A stretch of DNA of 64,000 nucleotides, from NCBI RefSeq assembly GCF_001194135.2, contig NC_068993.1:16559027-16623026 (forward strand), given 5' to 3'. The translations under genes and the position numbers were made by a program. This DNA is from Octopus bimaculoides (Eukaryota). Positions 60,715-64,000 of the stretch are shown here, piece by piece. Under the pieces are notes generated by a model. It ran no database searches, was not told where the DNA came from, and saw only the letters and a list, made by a program, of their open reading frames with translations. Positions within the stretch are counted from its first letter, which is position 1; each line of letters begins with the position of its first letter.

Positions 60715-63700
60715 TACTATATCTTGCCCATTGTGGAGAAGATGCTGAACAAGGTATGATTCAAAAGACTTGTCCAGTCGATATCATAAAATATTATGCA
60801 AGTGTCACAGTGCTACACGGGTGGGACTGTGCTACAAGTGGCATTATATTCTTTACGGAGCAGCATCAGGAGAAATTCAAGATGAATTGTTTGGTGTGTG
60901 TACTGATTTCAGATAATCTGTGAAATATGTCTAACTGATCTTCTTAGATTAGTTTCATTTCTTTTACTCATTTCATGCATGCTGGAGTACCAACCTCGAG
61001 AGTTTTTGTCTATCATTTCAGTCTGATACTTAATTTTAATGTCACCTTTTCGACCTCTTGTGGCATAGCGAGGACACAGCATAAATACAGTTCTGGATGG
61101 GGACACATGTATGTGTACAAGTGTATGTATGGACTTCAGTACAGTTTCCATTTACCAAATTACACTCTCAAGCTATTTGGTCAAGCTGAAGCATTAGGAG
61201 GCAACATGTGCCTATGGTGCCATGCAGTGGGATTGAACCTAGAAGCCATGTGATTGCAAAGCAAACTTCTTAACCACATGACTATGTCTCTGCTTATGTA
61301 TAATTTCATGCTTTAGTTAGTTTTGATTTTTATTATAGTTAGTTGGTTGTCAATACTTAAGGTTTTCAGTAGATATCATTGCTATAAATTTGTAATTCTT
61401 ATCATCTTATGAATATAAATTTCTAATATTAACCTTTGGAATCAGCCATGGTTTTGAGGTTTTTAATGTATTCATGAACTTCTTAGTCTCCAAGTAATTA
61501 CTGCTTCTAAATGCTCTTCTTTTCATGGAAATCCAGTCTGATCAGATTTTACTTTGCCATTTGAATGGTCTTGTAATCTTGGTGTAATTTCTGAAATGAA
61601 TTTATTCCGAAGTGTATGTTCTCAATCTTGATAAGTAAATATTTTCATGTCTGCTTTCTCTTAAGATCTTAGTTATAAGATTTATACAAAATCTCACAGC
61701 TATAGTTTGTATTTTAGTTTCTCTCAGAATTGCAGCTTATTTTCTATATATATAATCATCATCGTTATCATCATCATCATCATTTAACGTCTGCCTTCCA
61801 TACTGGCATGGGTTGGACAGTTTGACAGGAACCGGCCGAGTAGAAAACTACACCAAACTACTGTGTCTGTTTTCGCATGGTTTTTATGACCGGATCCCTT
61901 TCCTAACACTCCATAGAGGTTCTTTTTACTGGTGTCTGGCTTTGGACTGTGACCATGATGGAGCACCAACCTTAAAAGCTTTATAGTTGGTTATATTGAT
62001 ATCAACCTCACTACTTTGTCTGGCCCCTACATTATCAACCATGTATGGGACAAAAGGTAAAATTGATGAGATATTTTATCTTCAATGTCCTGTTTTTGGG
62101 GGGTTTTTTGCTTTTTTTTTTTGCATATAGTCATTCTATATATGTATTCACACACACATACATCCAACAACTTTTTGTGCAGTTTTTATCTCTTGAATTT
62201 TTAAGTTTTGGTTCACCCAAATACTTAAAGTACATGGCTTGGTGGTTAGAGCACCGGGCTCACAATCATGAGGTAGTGAGTTCGATTCCCTTACCAGGCT
62301 GTGTGTTGTGTTCTTGAGCAAGACATTTTATTTCACGTTGCTCCAGTTCACTCAGCTGTCGAAATGAGTTGCGACATCACTGGTTCCAAGCTGTATTGGC
62401 CTTTGCCTTTCCTTTGGATAAGTGGTGTGGAGTGAGGAGGCTGGTATGCATGGACGACTGCTGGTCTTCTATAAACAACCTTGCCTGGACTTGTGTTTTG
62501 GAGGGGAACTTTCTAGCTGCAATTCCATGGTTGTCCATGACCAAAGTGTGGGGGGGGGGGGNNNNNNNNNNNNNNNNNNNNNNNNNNNNNNNNNNNNNNN
62601 NNNNNNNNNNNNNNNNNNNNNNNNNNNNGGTTCTTTTTTTTTCTGGTTCACTCAAGGCTACAGTAAATCATATTTCTCAAATCTCTATGCAGTTGGTTCA
62701 AACATGCAACCACTGGGATGTGTGATAAAATTTTGTAACCCATAGGCATGCCCACATATATTTGTCCATGCATGTGTGTGTAGGTGTGGCTGTGTGGTTA
62801 AGAAGTTTGCTTTCCAAACACATAACTTCAGGTTCAGTTCTACTGCATGACACTTTGGGCAACAAGTGTCTTCAAATTTTGCCCCAGCCCAAACAAAACT
62901 TCAAGTGGATTTGGTACATGGAAACTGAAAGAATCCTCTGTGTGTGTATGTTTGTGTCTACTTGTCTTTGCATGATTGTTGTTAATGAATGTCATTCATC
63001 TTCAATGTTCTGCAAAAACATGTTTGGCCAATGAGGAAATATTACTTTGCTTGGAAGCAAGGTTAGGATTGGTGACACAAAGGTCATCAAGCCATAGAAA
63101 ATCTGCCTCAAGAAACTGTCTCGCCTGTGCAAGCACGGAAATATGGATGTCAAAATGATGATTATATATATCACCGTTATCACCGTACATTTGTTTTCCA
63201 TGCCAGCATGGGTTGAACTGTTTGACAGGAGCTGGCAAGCCAGAGAACTACCCTAGGCTCTATTGTCTGCTTTGGCATGATTTCAACGGCGATATGCTCT
63301 TCCTGACACCAACCACTTTACAGAATGTATTGAGTGCTTTTTATGCATGTGTGTGTGTGTGTGTGGTGTATGTATGTAATATTTTGTACTAATGTGTATA
63401 TAACAATTAGTACTAATGAGTTGAGTAAAGCATTGACACAGTTTGGGCTACCTAGTGTCATCAGCGGTTGGGGTATATTTCCTTTGGATCTACTTCAGGA
63501 ATTCTGCAGTGTTAGTTGAGATAATAATAATAATAATTTTTATTATGATTACTATATACAATTATTATTTTTTATTATCATTATATACATATATATATAT
63601 TTATTTATTATCATCATTATATATATATATATATATATTGTGCTTTGTCCATGTTTCAGACTTAGTTTCATATAGCATCTTGGGCAAGTGCCTTCTATGA

Positions 63701-64000
63701 CTTGGGCTGTTAATGGCTTGTAAGTGGAATTGGGAGATGAAAACTGTCGGATGTTTTGGTGCTCATGTGCATGAATGTCGATTCAGCATATCTTTGTTAA
63801 ATCTCTTTATGAGCGTAAAAAAAAAGGGGGGGCGGTGATATTATTTAGGTTTTCATATAAACAAATGTTCTGTCGTTTACGGACATATGCAAACCAGTGG
63901 AATGAAAAATTCCTTATTTGAGAAACAAGTGGGGGTTTAGCAACAGGATGAGTGTCCTGCTATGGAAAATATGCCTGTTTTGTCATGCTGGCATGGAGAA

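Noticed and set aside
60717-60753. YILPIVEKMLNK followed by a GTATGA donor, resembling a DEAD-box motif
   Set aside because: There are in-frame stops just upstream once the MITE is removed, no acceptor, and no GKT motif.

Overview
AT-rich, microsatellite-dense animal genomic DNA with 10 assembly gaps. The SINE families point to a cephalopod, most likely Octopus; this comes from my recall of octopus repeats, not a database hit. No complete protein-coding gene, rRNA, bona fide tRNA or CRISPR array can be supported. The window reads as intronic or intergenic sequence built largely from transposon fossils. Retroelements: a Penelope-like element with a GIY-YIG endonuclease (~4.76-6.3 kb), many 3' ends of RTE-clade LINEs (one ending in two C2H2 fingers), a Tx1/L1-like element inserted into a tRNA-derived SINE head with a 13-bp TSD (49.5-51.3 kb), and at least three tRNA-derived SINE families. 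DNA elements: two D34D mariners, a DD41D/rosa-like element, a Sleeping-Beauty-like Tc1 derivative, a piggyBac derivative and several MITEs. Several long fold-backs are also present. A few short stretches with splice signals could be host exons but are unconfirmed. The best leads are: the SINE-inserted Tx1-like element, which has intron-like segments and an antisense ORF; the LINE-encoded C2H2 pair; hammerhead-like remnants; and a fold-back with tRNA-like heads in both arms. None is established as a new biological system from sequence alone.
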